Shown: positions 8,413 to 18,409 of the stretch, one piece after another
Layout: each line of letters starts with the position of its first letter
Numbering within the stretch: the first letter of the stretch is position 1
IMG/VR virus record: IMGVR_UViG_3300027972_000007
Coordinates: 64,001-128,000 of that record
DNA length: 64,000 bases
Source: a virus
Reading direction: 5' to 3' (one strand)
Position numbers and translations under genes: made by a program
The notes under the pieces: model-generated
Seen by the model: the letters and a program-made list of their open reading frames with translations, nothing else
Told to the model about the DNA's origin: nothing
The model's database searches: none

Positions 8413-8868
8413 TTATCCATAACATGCAGACAATAACCATTTTGGTTCTGCATCAATATTAAGATATGTTTTGCAAAACTCTTTGAATAGTTGAACATTG
8501 TTTTCATTAGCTATTAATGAAGGTATTTCTGTTACGTTACTCCAGTCAGCATAATTTCTCGTATCTTTAACTGCTATAATATATTCAGTTCCATCATCAT
8601 ACATAAGGGAACCATAACATACTATTTCGACAGGTATGGGATGCAATTTTTCAAACTCTTTCTTAATTTTATAATATAAATCTATTTTTGATTTTTCTGG
8701 CTTGATACCATTTATATAATTACCAGTATCGTCATAAATTTTAAACGTCGGCACATATTTACAAATATCCCATATCCACCAATCTTTAATATATCGATCT
8801 TTCCAAGGAAGAGAATCTCGGCGTATTTTTATTCCATAACAAATATTAGCATTTGCAGACGAACCCAT
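8413..8868 (-). CDS. hypothetical protein
   Basis: GAGGAG RBS. Confidence 0.8.
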   Translation of the reverse strand: MGSSANANICYGIKIRRDSLPWKDRYIKDWWIWDICKYVPTFKIYDDTGNYINGIKPEKSKIDLYYKIKKEFEKLHPIPVEIVCYGSLMYDDGTEYIIAVKDTRNYADWSNVTEIPSLIANENNVQLFKEFCKTYLNIDAEPKWLLSACYG

Positions 8869-8922
8869 AATTTACTCCTCATTTATTCTATAAACTTTAA
8901 AGATATCTGATAAAATTTCTTT

Positions 8923-9741
8923 TTAAAACTCTTGCAATAAATCTGATACCTTTAATATATCAATTTCTGCAGTATAATCCGTGGAGTATATATGAAACTT
9001 TATTTTTTCTCCAATTAAGTTAAACGTAAAATTGATTACAATGCCGTTTTCGAAAGTTACTTTTATCGTTTTATATGTAGTATAAGTATTCTTATACCCT
9101 GCGCAATGCAACAATTTTTCATTTTTCTCACACTTTGCTTTTGGGTATCTTTCAGATAATTCTTTTAATGCATTATCAAAAAGATTGTTCGAATATATTT
9201 CATTTTTTTCTTTTGTTTCCTTTTGTTTCAAATATTCATCAATCTTTTCCATTACTGTTGATACTTTTGAATATGCTTTATTTTCTTTATCGTAACTAAT
9301 TCCTTCGATGAACATTTTGAGACCTTTTGAATTACTATGATAATGCCATCTATTACCATTATATACTTTATGTTCTCGTACCAATACTTTTATGTTAGAA
9401 TTATTACGAACAATGATTGATTCAAGATAAGTAATCTCCTTCGTCCAAGTAATATTTCTTTTCGTGCCGTCATATTCAGAAATTACATATATTTTTGTTT
9501 TAATGGTTTTTTTTAATTCGTAGTAATTCTTATCGAACTCTGCAAAGAATGTTTCATAAGACTTATTGATTATATCTTGCTCGACGAGAAATTTTGCAAT
9601 TTCTGCTTCCTTATCCACAATTTCTTTCGCCCTTTTTATTTCTACTTCTGCTGCTTTCACTTTCTTCTCGGCTTCTTCTTTTTCCCTTTTAGCTTTTATT
9701 AAGGACAACTCTTCCAGGCTTAATGTAATTTGATCTGACAT
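8923..9741 (-). CDS. hypothetical early protein, N-terminal coiled coil
   Basis: AAACAGGAG RBS behind promoter. Confidence 0.85.
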   Translation of the reverse strand: MSDQITLSLEELSLIKAKREKEEAEKKVKAAEVEIKRAKEIVDKEAEIAKFLVEQDIINKSYETFFAEFDKNYYELKKTIKTKIYVISEYDGTKRNITWTKEITYLESIIVRNNSNIKVLVREHKVYNGNRWHYHSNSKGLKMFIEGISYDKENKAYSKVSTVMEKIDEYLKQKETKEKNEIYSNNLFDNALKELSERYPKAKCEKNEKLLHCAGYKNTYTTYKTIKVTFENGIVINFTFNLIGEKIKFHIYSTDYTAEIDILKVSDLLQEF

Positions 9742-9781
9742 ATCTCTCTCCTGTTTAAATTGTTTATAATTTCTATTACTA

Positions 9782-9814
9782 TTATAATATATATTATAGT
9801 AGAATAAAAGTCAA
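9782..9814 (-). promoter_or_regulatory. phage early promoter family copy
   Basis: TTGACT plus palindrome variant. Confidence 0.85.
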
Positions 9815-9832
9815 GATATAAATTAAATTATT

Positions 9833-10225
9833 TTATAGAGTTGTTACACCAAATATCTTTAATAGCATTTTCGTTTGCGCCACATCTACATCTAAACCGT
9901 GAGTGGCGGGAGGACATGAAATTAAATTCTTATCCTCAAATTTAGCCCATTCTGGAGCATTTTTAGCCCAATCAGGAGTATTCAGTTTCTTTTCTACTTG
10001 CTTTTCTTTTATAATACTTTCTACTTTTTTCATGCCAACCATTTCTCTAACTTCATTCCAATTTTCAAATCCTAAATAAATTGAAACATCTGGAATATCT
10101 GTTATTGGTGGTTTGTAAAAATGTGCTACTGCATTCTCTACATTGCAATGCACGACATTTCTTCCCCATTCAAAAATTGCAATATTGTTTTTTTCGTCAA
10201 AACTTTTCAACATCTTTTTTTCCAT
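9833..10225 (-). CDS. hypothetical protein
   Basis: GAGGTG RBS. Confidence 0.75.
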   Translation of the reverse strand: MEKKMLKSFDEKNNIAIFEWGRNVVHCNVENAVAHFYKPPITDIPDVSIYLGFENWNEVREMVGMKKVESIIKEKQVEKKLNTPDWAKNAPEWAKFEDKNLISCPPATHGLDVDVAQTKMLLKIFGVTTL

Positions 10226-10234
10226 AATACACCT

Positions 10235-10744
10235 CTATGATCTTCTATTGCATTTTGTGATATCAGTATATGCACGACATTTATTATCAATATTTAAACT
10301 ACATTTAGTATTACATTGACCGGGTGTATCAGATTTTGTTTTAGCTTCATCTATAAGTTGTTTTAATTTTTTCAACAGTTTGGGATCAGGATATACTATA
10401 ATTTTCTGATTAGGCTGGGAAGGCGAGGAGGAAGATGACGACGAAGATGGCGAAGAATTTGTTAAATTAAAAAATAAACTCAAAATATATTCTATTTTTT
10501 CATAGTGTTTTACTTCATAATTTAAATCGGCTATTAAATGTGATAATACATTCAAACCATTAAGGATATTTGTTGTGTTCAAAATCGTGCCGTTATTAAC
10601 ATAATCGTCAACTTCTTTTACTGCAATTTCAAGATGTTTAATTCGTAGTGTTGAATTGTCTTTATAATTATTAAATAAATCGTTCACTTTCTTTTGTATT
10701 CGACTGGAAGTATTTTTTAAAAGATTCAACATTAACTGCTTCAT
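10235..10744 (-). CDS. hypothetical protein with poly-Ser linker
   Basis: GGGAG RBS. Confidence 0.75.
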   Translation of the reverse strand: MKQLMLNLLKNTSSRIQKKVNDLFNNYKDNSTLRIKHLEIAVKEVDDYVNNGTILNTTNILNGLNVLSHLIADLNYEVKHYEKIEYILSLFFNLTNSSPSSSSSSSSPSQPNQKIIVYPDPKLLKKLKQLIDEAKTKSDTPGQCNTKCSLNIDNKCRAYTDITKCNRRS

Positions 10745-11197
10745 ACTGTTCTCCCATTTAAATTTAAGAATTATTTTAGTTTTCTCTTTTCATACTATTC
10801 ATTAGTTTCAGTTAATTCTTTATATAGTTTTTCCATCCATCTAATCATTTTTAAATGGTTTTTGATGTCATTGTTTGTAATTTCTCTTGTTTTATATTCT
10901 CTTTTATTAACAACACAATATGGTGTGTTAACACATGATTCTCTTCCAGTATATTCTTTTATTGGACATCCGTTACAATCGTTATCAAAATAATTTTTGC
11001 ATAATGGACAATTTAAATATCCGTGGCAGTATATTTCATTATCATTTATAGATAAAAACGCTCCATTAAAAAGGCCCATTTTGCCTTTTACTGCAATTAG
11101 TTTTTCATGTGCAGCTTTCCAAATATCAATAGATTCTTTAAGTAATTGAATTGATTTCTTCATACTGTTCTCCCATTTAAATTTAAGAATTATTTTA
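10739..11197. repeat. 40-bp direct repeat (10739-10778 and 11158-11197) flanking one gene
   Basis: CTTCATACTGTTCTCCCATTTAAATTTAAGAATTATTTTA occurs twice. Confidence 0.95.
10795..11163 (-). CDS. Cys-cluster hypothetical protein, paralog of 4179-4583
   Basis: Start moved to 11163 (RBS lies in the repeat); shared motifs. Confidence 0.8.
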   Translation of the reverse strand: MKKSIQLLKESIDIWKAAHEKLIAVKGKMGLFNGAFLSINDNEIYCHGYLNCPLCKNYFDNDCNGCPIKEYTGRESCVNTPYCVVNKREYKTREITNNDIKNHLKMIRWMEKLYKELTETNE

Positions 11198-11360
11198 TAA
11201 ATAAAAAATATGAATAAACTCCAGCAACTATATAGATAATTATACATACCATAATCCACAGATACATAGCCTCTGGTCTGTTCTCAAATCTATCAAAATA
11301 TCATCAAAATATCTTATTATTTTTTCTTTAATATTATACATAAATATACCTATATAAATT

Positions 11361-11448
11361 TGGTGCCCAAGACCGGACTTGAACCGGTACGGTACTAAGT
11401 ACCGAGGGATTTTAAGTCCCTTGTGTATGCCAATTCCACCACTTGGGC
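11361..11448 (-). tRNA. trnL: tRNA-Leu (UAA), CCA encoded
   Basis: GCCCAAG acceptor, AGGGA-CTTAAAA-TCCCT anticodon arm, long variable arm, GTTCAAGT T-loop, 3' ACCA. Confidence 0.97.
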
Positions 11449-11615
11449 TTTTAAAGATATTTAAATAATGTCAATGTCAATCCCATAGCCATTAAAAATA
11501 TATTAATACCTGGGATTGCTCGTTTATGAATAATGAGCAAAGTATTAATCGTAAAAAACCAAATAAACAAAAAAAATCCAATAAATTGAACTATTTCTTG
11601 AAACATATTTACTCC

Positions 11616-12929
11616 CTATTCATAACGCAGCCAACTATAATTTTCTTGTATATATTTTATTGCTTCTTCTTTTGAATTAATAATTTCTTCCAGTTGTTTA
11701 TCTTCTATATCGGAAAATATAACTTTAAATATCTTTCCTTGTATAAAACCCAAACTTAATAAATCAAAACCAGTTATTAGACGAGTTGGTTTTATTTGTT
11801 CAGGAGGAATTTCATCCATTTTTTTAATTATGAAATTATAATTATCAAGATTTTTATTTGAAGCCGAACAATCGCAATAATGCAAAATTAAATGTTCGTC
11901 AAAATTAGGAATTCTAATAAATCTTTTCAATTTTGCCATTCTCATATTTTGTACGAATCTAAATTTCATGTGATTTTCAATTAATGAAACAACTCTTTCA
12001 ATAAAAGAATTTGAAAATTTCATTCTTTTTAACATTTCATTTGCCAATTTTGCTCCAACTTCGTCGTGTGAATTAAATCTGATTCTCGTATCTATATAAA
12101 AAGTATTTGGTTTTCCTATATCATGTAATAACGTACCCATTAATAATTCATCGGAAACATTAATGGGAAGATTTTCTAACGCTTGAATAGTATGTTCAAA
12201 AACATCTCCCTCAGGATGAAATTGTATTGGTTGTTGAATATTTTTTAAATTATGAACTTCGGGCAATATATATTTTAGAATATTAGTTTCATAAAGGAGA
12301 TTGAATATTTTTCTTGGTTTATGGAGCCTCAACATTTTTAATAATTCTTCTGAAATTCTTTCAACTGATATATTTACTATTTCTTCTGCATGATTTTTTA
12401 TTGAATAAAAAGTATTTGTTTCGATTTCAAAATCAAATTTTACTGCAAATCTAATTGCACGTAAAATTCTCAATTTGTCTTCCTGTATTCGTTTTTCTGG
12501 ATCGCCAATAAAACGAATTATTTTATTGTTCAAATCGTATTGACCACCAACGAAATCTATTATCTTATCTTCAATAGGATCAAAGAACATTCCGTTGATA
12601 GACAAATCTCTTCTCAAAGAATCTTCTTTCATTGAGCTGAAAGAAACAGAATCCGGTCTTCTATTATCAGTATAATTTCCATCATTTCTAAAAGTTGCAA
12701 CTTCAAATTCTGTATTATCGATTACTACTATAATAACACCAAAAGATTTTCCAACTGGAATAGTCTTATCGAAAAGTTTTTCGACTTGGTCGGGCGTTGC
12801 ATTAGTGGCAATATCTATATCATTTGATTCTATTCCGAGAATCATATCACGAACACAACCACCAGCAAACACGGCTTGAAAATTATTTTCATTTAACTTT
12901 TTTATTATTGCCAATGCTTTATTTTTCAT
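11616..12929 (-). CDS. cca: CCA tRNA nucleotidyltransferase with HD domain
   Basis: GGCVRD, DIDIAT, EVATFR, RRDLSIN, EDKLRILR, LLHDIGK. Confidence 0.95.
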   Translation of the reverse strand: MKNKALAIIKKLNENNFQAVFAGGCVRDMILGIESNDIDIATNATPDQVEKLFDKTIPVGKSFGVIIVVIDNTEFEVATFRNDGNYTDNRRPDSVSFSSMKEDSLRRDLSINGMFFDPIEDKIIDFVGGQYDLNNKIIRFIGDPEKRIQEDKLRILRAIRFAVKFDFEIETNTFYSIKNHAEEIVNISVERISEELLKMLRLHKPRKIFNLLYETNILKYILPEVHNLKNIQQPIQFHPEGDVFEHTIQALENLPINVSDELLMGTLLHDIGKPNTFYIDTRIRFNSHDEVGAKLANEMLKRMKFSNSFIERVVSLIENHMKFRFVQNMRMAKLKRFIRIPNFDEHLILHYCDCSASNKNLDNYNFIIKKMDEIPPEQIKPTRLITGFDLLSLGFIQGKIFKVIFSDIEDKQLEEIINSKEEAIKYIQENYSWLRYE

Positions 12930-12931
12930 AA

Positions 12932-12964
12932 TTATAATATATATTATAATGCAAAATAAGTCAA
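12932..12964 (-). promoter_or_regulatory. phage early promoter family copy (near-leaderless start of cca)
   Basis: TTGACT plus perfect palindrome, 2 nt from ATG. Confidence 0.85.
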
Positions 12965-13328
12965 GGAATATTTTTAATTATTTTATTTTTTGTATTCTAA
13001 CGATTTTGCCAGTTTTGTCACAATAAGAATAAATCCATTTTTTGTTAGATTTTCTTTTGATTTTTTTATTACAAAACTTGCAATAATAGGTATTCATTTC
13101 AATTTTCAATTCTGGTTATAGAAAGAACGTTATAGCGATCATAAACAATTTCTCTTGCTTCAGATTCACAGTCGGCTTCTACTGTGACTTTTTTAGAATG
13201 GATAATACTTTTAGTATTTAAATAATAAGTAATTTGAAATGTATATTCTTCTTTGTTGAACATAATATACCTTTATACGTTTAAAAGAGAACATACTCTT
13301 TTAATTATTTATAAAGGTATATATTTAT

Positions 13329-13556
13329 TTATAAAAATAATTGAATTTTACAATCGGGATAATCGCCTTCTTCAGCTAAAAGTTCTATTTTATCCATTTC
13401 TCGTTCAAAAACAAACCCACAATCTTTTTCATTTAGATATTGTTGTACTTTTTTTAGCGCTTCTTGTGGATTTTCTGCAACTACAAAAGGACGGCCATGA
13501 GCAACACTGCTAATTTTTGATTGCATGCCTCGCAAATAAACTCTATATAATTTCAT
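13329..13556 (-). CDS. hypothetical protein
   Basis: ORF with RBS. Confidence 0.7.
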   Translation of the reverse strand: MKLYRVYLRGMQSKISSVAHGRPFVVAENPQEALKKVQQYLNEKDCGFVFEREMDKIELLAEEGDYPDCKIQLFL

Positions 13557-13574
13557 AAATTAACCTTTCTTGTT

Positions 13575-13826
13575 TTATATTCTTTCATTTTCTTTTCTCA
13601 AATTTATCTCCCATCTCACACATTCTAATGCAGCTTCTAATTGATCTAAAGTTGCGCGTTTCCAATAATCGAACAAACCAGAAGATTTACTATTTTTAAC
13701 ATATATGGAAGAATCTTCGCAATCAATATGAACCCATTTATCTGGACATTTACTTTCAAATTCCCACTTAAATGGTTTATTTAATTCTTTTACTTTTTTG
13801 TCATTAACTAATATTCTATTTTTCAT
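13575..13826 (-). CDS. hypothetical protein
   Basis: Coupled to upstream gene. Confidence 0.7.
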   Translation of the reverse strand: MKNRILVNDKKVKELNKPFKWEFESKCPDKWVHIDCEDSSIYVKNSKSSGLFDYWKRATLDQLEAALECVRWEINLRKENERI

Positions 13827-13827
13827 A

Positions 13828-14748
13828 TTAACACCTTATATTAGGATAATTATCTTCAAACCAATCAATTGTTTTATCTAATCCTTGCGGCAAAGGTGTA
13901 AAAGAGAATGATGGGTATAAAGAATTTAATTTTGAAACGTCTGACGGTTTTCTTTTTTGCCCATCTGGTTTTGTTTTATCAAAAATTATATTGCCTCTAA
14001 AATTCATTTTTTCTGCTATCATTTCTACTATTTTTGCAATACTTATTTCATTACCATTCGAAAATATTATCGGACTTTCTTCGTTGTAATAATTTAATGC
14101 CCACATAGATAAACGAGCTATATCAAAAGAGTATATAAATTCTCTTAATGGTTCTCCACTACCCCATATTACAAAATCTGTATTGTTCATTTTTGCTAAA
14201 TAACATTTATGAATTAATGATGGTATTACATGACCGTCTGTTAAACTGAAATTATCATTAGGGCCATATATATTAGTTGGAATTACTGTAATAAAATTAC
14301 ATCCATATTCTTTTCTATATGCTAAACTCTGTACTTCTAACATTCTTTTAGCATACGCATAAGCGAAATTTGATGGATGTGGCGGCCCATTATGCAAATC
14401 CTTTTCATTTAATGGATAATTACATTTATCAGGAAATACACAAGTAGACATAAATGAAACTAATTTTTTTACTCCTGCTAATCTCGCACATTCTAAAACA
14501 TTAAAATTAATCATAGTATTATCAGCATAAAATTTTCCTGGGCATTCACTATTAATTCCAACCCCGCCAACCTTAGCAGCAAGATGAATGATATGAGTAG
14601 GTTTGATATAATTAAAAATTGTTTTCGTTTCTTCAAAATTTCTTAAATCAACATATTTATGGGAAAGATAACAAGTGTCATAAAAATGTAATTCTTTCAT
14701 AGCATGGCCAACCAACCCATCTGCTCCTGTTATTAATAATTTACCCAT
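13828..14748 (-). CDS. fcl: GDP-L-fucose synthase
   Basis: TGADGLVG, HLAAKVGG, YAYAK, PTNIYGP, WGSGEPLREF. Confidence 0.92.
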   Translation of the reverse strand: MGKLLITGADGLVGHAMKELHFYDTCYLSHKYVDLRNFEETKTIFNYIKPTHIIHLAAKVGGVGINSECPGKFYADNTMINFNVLECARLAGVKKLVSFMSTCVFPDKCNYPLNEKDLHNGPPHPSNFAYAYAKRMLEVQSLAYRKEYGCNFITVIPTNIYGPNDNFSLTDGHVIPSLIHKCYLAKMNNTDFVIWGSGEPLREFIYSFDIARLSMWALNYYNEESPIIFSNGNEISIAKIVEMIAEKMNFRGNIIFDKTKPDGQKRKPSDVSKLNSLYPSFSFTPLPQGLDKTIDWFEDNYPNIRC

Positions 14749-14750
14749 TT

Positions 14751-15776
14751 TTAATCCTTTTTATTATATAATAATTTTTGCCATTTTATGGTTTTCTTTA
14801 ACCCATCATTTAATTTTGTAAATGTTGGATTAAATTCATTTTTTATTTTATCAATATTCAAACCCACTTCTGAAGGCGATCCGTCCAACGATAAATTAGT
14901 ATTTAATTTAACTGGTGCATTTAATATATTTCCTATATTATTTGCCAAGTCAAGAATCGAGATTTTTTCATTCCCGCCAACATTATAAAGTCTTTCTTTT
15001 CCTTCAAATAATATTTTCCACAATAATTCAATCGCATCAGAAATATATATGTATGTTCTTTTTGCTAATCCTAAATCTAATAATTGAATTTTTTTCTTGA
15101 GTATTGCATTTCTAATAAATGTATTTAATACTCTCTCGTCATTTTTACGAGTCCCCATACCATACGCTAAAGCAAGTCGAATACTTTTTACATCAAAATT
15201 ATCTTTATAATTATCTACTATTGTTTCACCGCATCTTTTACCTTCAATGTAACATGCCCTCGGATGATATGGGTCGCTTTTTCCAATATTCTTTTCTTCA
15301 GGATTTGTATATAAAAGTCCACTATACACTTCACTCGAACTTAAGAAAAGAAATTTTCCATTACTTTTTAAATTTTCAAAAAGATTGAAAAGAACTGAAG
15401 TATTCAATTTCAATGTTTTTATTGGATCAGCAAGAAATTTTCCTGGTTGCCCATAAGTGGCTGCATGTATAATAATATCATAATGTGAGTTACATTTTTC
15501 AATAGTTAAATCAAAAGAACTAACATTACATGAGCTAAAATTATACAAATCTTTCAATTGTTCGTTTCTATTAATCGCTCTTACAATAAAATTACAATTA
15601 TATTTCTTGTTTAAAACATGTAAACACGCAATTAAATTAACGCCAATTAAACCACTTGCGCCAGTTATTAATATTGATTTTTCATTAATATTATTAACAA
15701 ACAAATCAACATTATTATCAACTATCTTTTCTGCTTCAGCATAAATCATTTTACTCAATATATTCATATTACTCAT
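14751..15776 (-). CDS. NAD-dependent epimerase/dehydratase (UDP-glucuronate decarboxylase-like)
   Basis: TGASGLIG, SSSEVY, YIEGK. Confidence 0.85.
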   Translation of the reverse strand: MSNMNILSKMIYAEAEKIVDNNVDLFVNNINEKSILITGASGLIGVNLIACLHVLNKKYNCNFIVRAINRNEQLKDLYNFSSCNVSSFDLTIEKCNSHYDIIIHAATYGQPGKFLADPIKTLKLNTSVLFNLFENLKSNGKFLFLSSSEVYSGLLYTNPEEKNIGKSDPYHPRACYIEGKRCGETIVDNYKDNFDVKSIRLALAYGMGTRKNDERVLNTFIRNAILKKKIQLLDLGLAKRTYIYISDAIELLWKILFEGKERLYNVGGNEKISILDLANNIGNILNAPVKLNTNLSLDGSPSEVGLNIDKIKNEFNPTFTKLNDGLKKTIKWQKLLYNKKD

Positions 15777-15948
15777 CTTCTGAAAATAGAGTATCTATTT
15801 CACTTCTTCTCATTTCAATCGCATCATTTAAAGAATCTATAATTTCTACTAAAAAATCGATGTATTCTTCGTCCGTCATACCTACTGTCGAATCAAAAAT
15901 TTCAGATACAAATTCCATTGTAGTTTTCATTTTAAATCTCCTTTCTTA

Positions 15949-16341
15949 TTATTTATTTTCTATCAATTTATATTTTTTAATAATTTTTTGCAAATTTTCA
16001 ATAGATATATTTATCCATAAAAAATAATCGATAATTTTTGAAGTAGAGAAACAAATTTCTCCAATTTCTTCGTCTCCATTTATTCCAAAAAAATTATGCA
16101 TTCTATGTATAATAACAAAGTGACAAGAATTATTAAATTTTTTCATTATATCTTCATAAGACATTTCAATTCTTTGTCTCATAGAACTTTTAGAACAATC
16201 TAATATATCTACCCACCAATTCACGGATACTTTTTTAGCATCATTAATAATAGCAATTTTTTTCTTTAATGATAAATTATTTGTTTTATAAAAAATATCG
16301 TGTTTATACATTAGAAAAAATACTTTCCAATTATCAGACAT
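15949..16341 (-). CDS. hypothetical protein
   Basis: ORF track. Confidence 0.7.
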   Translation of the reverse strand: MSDNWKVFFLMYKHDIFYKTNNLSLKKKIAIINDAKKVSVNWWVDILDCSKSSMRQRIEMSYEDIMKKFNNSCHFVIIHRMHNFFGINGDEEIGEICFSTSKIIDYFLWINISIENLQKIIKKYKLIENK

Positions 16342-16478
16342 ACACCTATTGACATTAATACAACATCTTTTAAAGAAAATGATAATTTATTAAGTAATAC
16401 AAAAATATTGGCGAACCCATAAAAAACAAATAAAAATACTCCAAGGATTTGTAGTATAGGTATTAACATATTTCACTC

Positions 16479-17357
16479 CTATAATTTGATTAGTTTTTCT
16501 ATCTTTTCTTTAATATTTTGAACTGTAAATCCATATTCTTTATCATGTTCTTCTTTAGTACCATATTTATTTGAAAATATTAACGGCATTCCAATATAAT
16601 CAATTACTATTGGTTTTGGATAAACTGCTTTCATTATTTTAGTTGATAATGATCCTTCATAAAATGGCTCACAAATTAAAAATTTATTAGAATTTAAAGA
16701 ATGTAATATTTCAAAATCAAAAGGTTTTAATGTAGTATAATATATTATTTTTACTGATAAATCTTTTGTTGCTTCTATTACCATATCTAAAATATTACCA
16801 GTTACTATAATACTCACATCTCCAGTATTTTTAATTAAATTAGCTTCGCCAAAATTAACAATATTATCAAAACTATTTTTGTAATCACTCAATCTAAAAA
16901 ATGTTGGGAAACCATTATTATAACTTTGGTGAAAAAGTGTATCAAATTCTTTACTGGTTCCAGGAACTACAATTTGCATATTTGGCAAATTCATTAATAT
17001 GCCAACATCTTCAGGACAATGATGAGTGGAGCCTAATGAAGCATAATCGTAAGAAGAACCAACCCCAACAAAATTACCATTTAATTTTTGGTAACAAAAA
17101 TCTAATTTCAATTGTTCAAATGCCCTATCAATCATAAATGGAGTTATTGTATGAACTATTGGAATGAAATTAGTTAAAGATAGACCTGCAGCAACAGAAA
17201 CCATAGATTGTTCGAGTATACCAATATTATATGTTCTATTAGGATAATCTTTAAAACAATTTCTAAATCCAAAGACGCCAATATCACCCAAAAGAAGAAC
17301 TATTTTTTTGTCTTCTTTCATTAATGATTCGACTGTTTTAATAAATTGTTTACGCAT
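16479..17357 (-). CDS. transketolase C-terminal (pyrimidine-binding) subunit
   Basis: MRKQF, NIGILEQ, RAFEQ, GSTHH; start moved to 17357. Confidence 0.9.
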   Translation of the reverse strand: MRKQFIKTVESLMKEDKKIVLLLGDIGVFGFRNCFKDYPNRTYNIGILEQSMVSVAAGLSLTNFIPIVHTITPFMIDRAFEQLKLDFCYQKLNGNFVGVGSSYDYASLGSTHHCPEDVGILMNLPNMQIVVPGTSKEFDTLFHQSYNNGFPTFFRLSDYKNSFDNIVNFGEANLIKNTGDVSIIVTGNILDMVIEATKDLSVKIIYYTTLKPFDFEILHSLNSNKFLICEPFYEGSLSTKIMKAVYPKPIVIDYIGMPLIFSNKYGTKEEHDKEYGFTVQNIKEKIEKLIKL

Positions 17358-17548
17358 TATTTTTCCGATATGTTTGTCAGTTTTTTTCCACATCTTTTAC
17401 AAAGACTATTTTCTTTAGCGCAAGAAGGACATGGCTGATTAACCCAACCAGCCCAATATCTACCATGTTTTTCGCACAAACCATCGCCTCGAATGGACGG
17501 AATTTGCCATTTCTTTTTACATCTATCACAAATAAGTTCTATACCCAT
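17357..17548 (-). CDS. small Cys-rich Zn-finger protein
   Basis: Multiple CxxC. Confidence 0.65.
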   Translation of the reverse strand: MGIELICDRCKKKWQIPSIRGDGLCEKHGRYWAGWVNQPCPSCAKENSLCKRCGKKLTNISEK

Positions 17549-17554
17549 TTTATC

Positions 17555-17833
17555 CTATTTCATTTTAGTCTTCAGCGCATCTGCGGTCTGTGGCGCGATC
17601 TTTTTCTGAGCATTTTCGCAAATAGTACAAACATCAGATTTAAAACTACCCCACAAAGAACATAAATCGTGAGCTTTAAGCCAAGCACAAATTGCGGGTT
17701 GTGTGTAATTTGCATAAGTAAATCTTTCTAACATATATTCGCAAGCAGCATTCCAATATTCTGTTGCTTCCGGTTCTCGACCTTGGGAAAACAAACAATA
17801 ATCACGAAAATCTTCGGGTGATGTAGATGCCAT
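17555..17833 (-). CDS. hypothetical protein
   Basis: AAGGAGGAG RBS. Confidence 0.75.
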   Translation of the reverse strand: MASTSPEDFRDYCLFSQGREPEATEYWNAACEYMLERFTYANYTQPAICAWLKAHDLCSLWGSFKSDVCTICENAQKKIAPQTADALKTKMK

Positions 17834-17852
17834 ATACTCTCCTCCTTAACAA

Positions 17853-18398
17853 CTATTCCAAATGTTTTGTGTATAATCCTAAATCTAAACCCTGTTCTTG
17901 TGCTATATAATTAATAAAATCAACTAATATAGCATCGATAGTATTTTGAGAAATTCTTTCGCCATTATAATTATTCATATGTTTATTTTGCTTTATTGAT
18001 TTCAATACTCCCTGTTTTCTATAATCATTTAAACAATTTTCTAATAATTTGCATAATTTTCCTTTAGTTAAAATATTATCATATTCTCCATCGGGTTCTG
18101 TGGTATGTTGGCCCGAGCAATCATTTTCTCGAAGTTGTGAAATACAATCAGTAATAACTATTCTTGCTTCAAGTACAGTTGTCGGTACAATATAATGTCG
18201 TGCATCAATTTTATTAATTTCCATTTCGATATTGTCCAGTAATTTTGTTGTGGTAGTATTAATGCCAATAGTTTTACCTGTGAGGGCAAGGTATTCTTTT
18301 TTATTATGTTCATCACACCGAGTATCGAATGCGTCATTTCGATAGATAACTTTATTACATATTTCGCAATTAAGAGTATATACTGGTTTATTTTCCAT
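17853..18398 (-). CDS. hypothetical protein
   Basis: AAGGA RBS. Confidence 0.75.
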   Translation of the reverse strand: MENKPVYTLNCEICNKVIYRNDAFDTRCDEHNKKEYLALTGKTIGINTTTTKLLDNIEMEINKIDARHYIVPTTVLEARIVITDCISQLRENDCSGQHTTEPDGEYDNILTKGKLCKLLENCLNDYRKQGVLKSIKQNKHMNNYNGERISQNTIDAILVDFINYIAQEQGLDLGLYTKHLE

Positions 18399-18409
18399 AA
18401 AAATTCCTT

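Noticed and set aside
10420-10458. GC-rich patch as an insertion element
   Set aside because: It simply encodes a poly-Ser/Pro linker.
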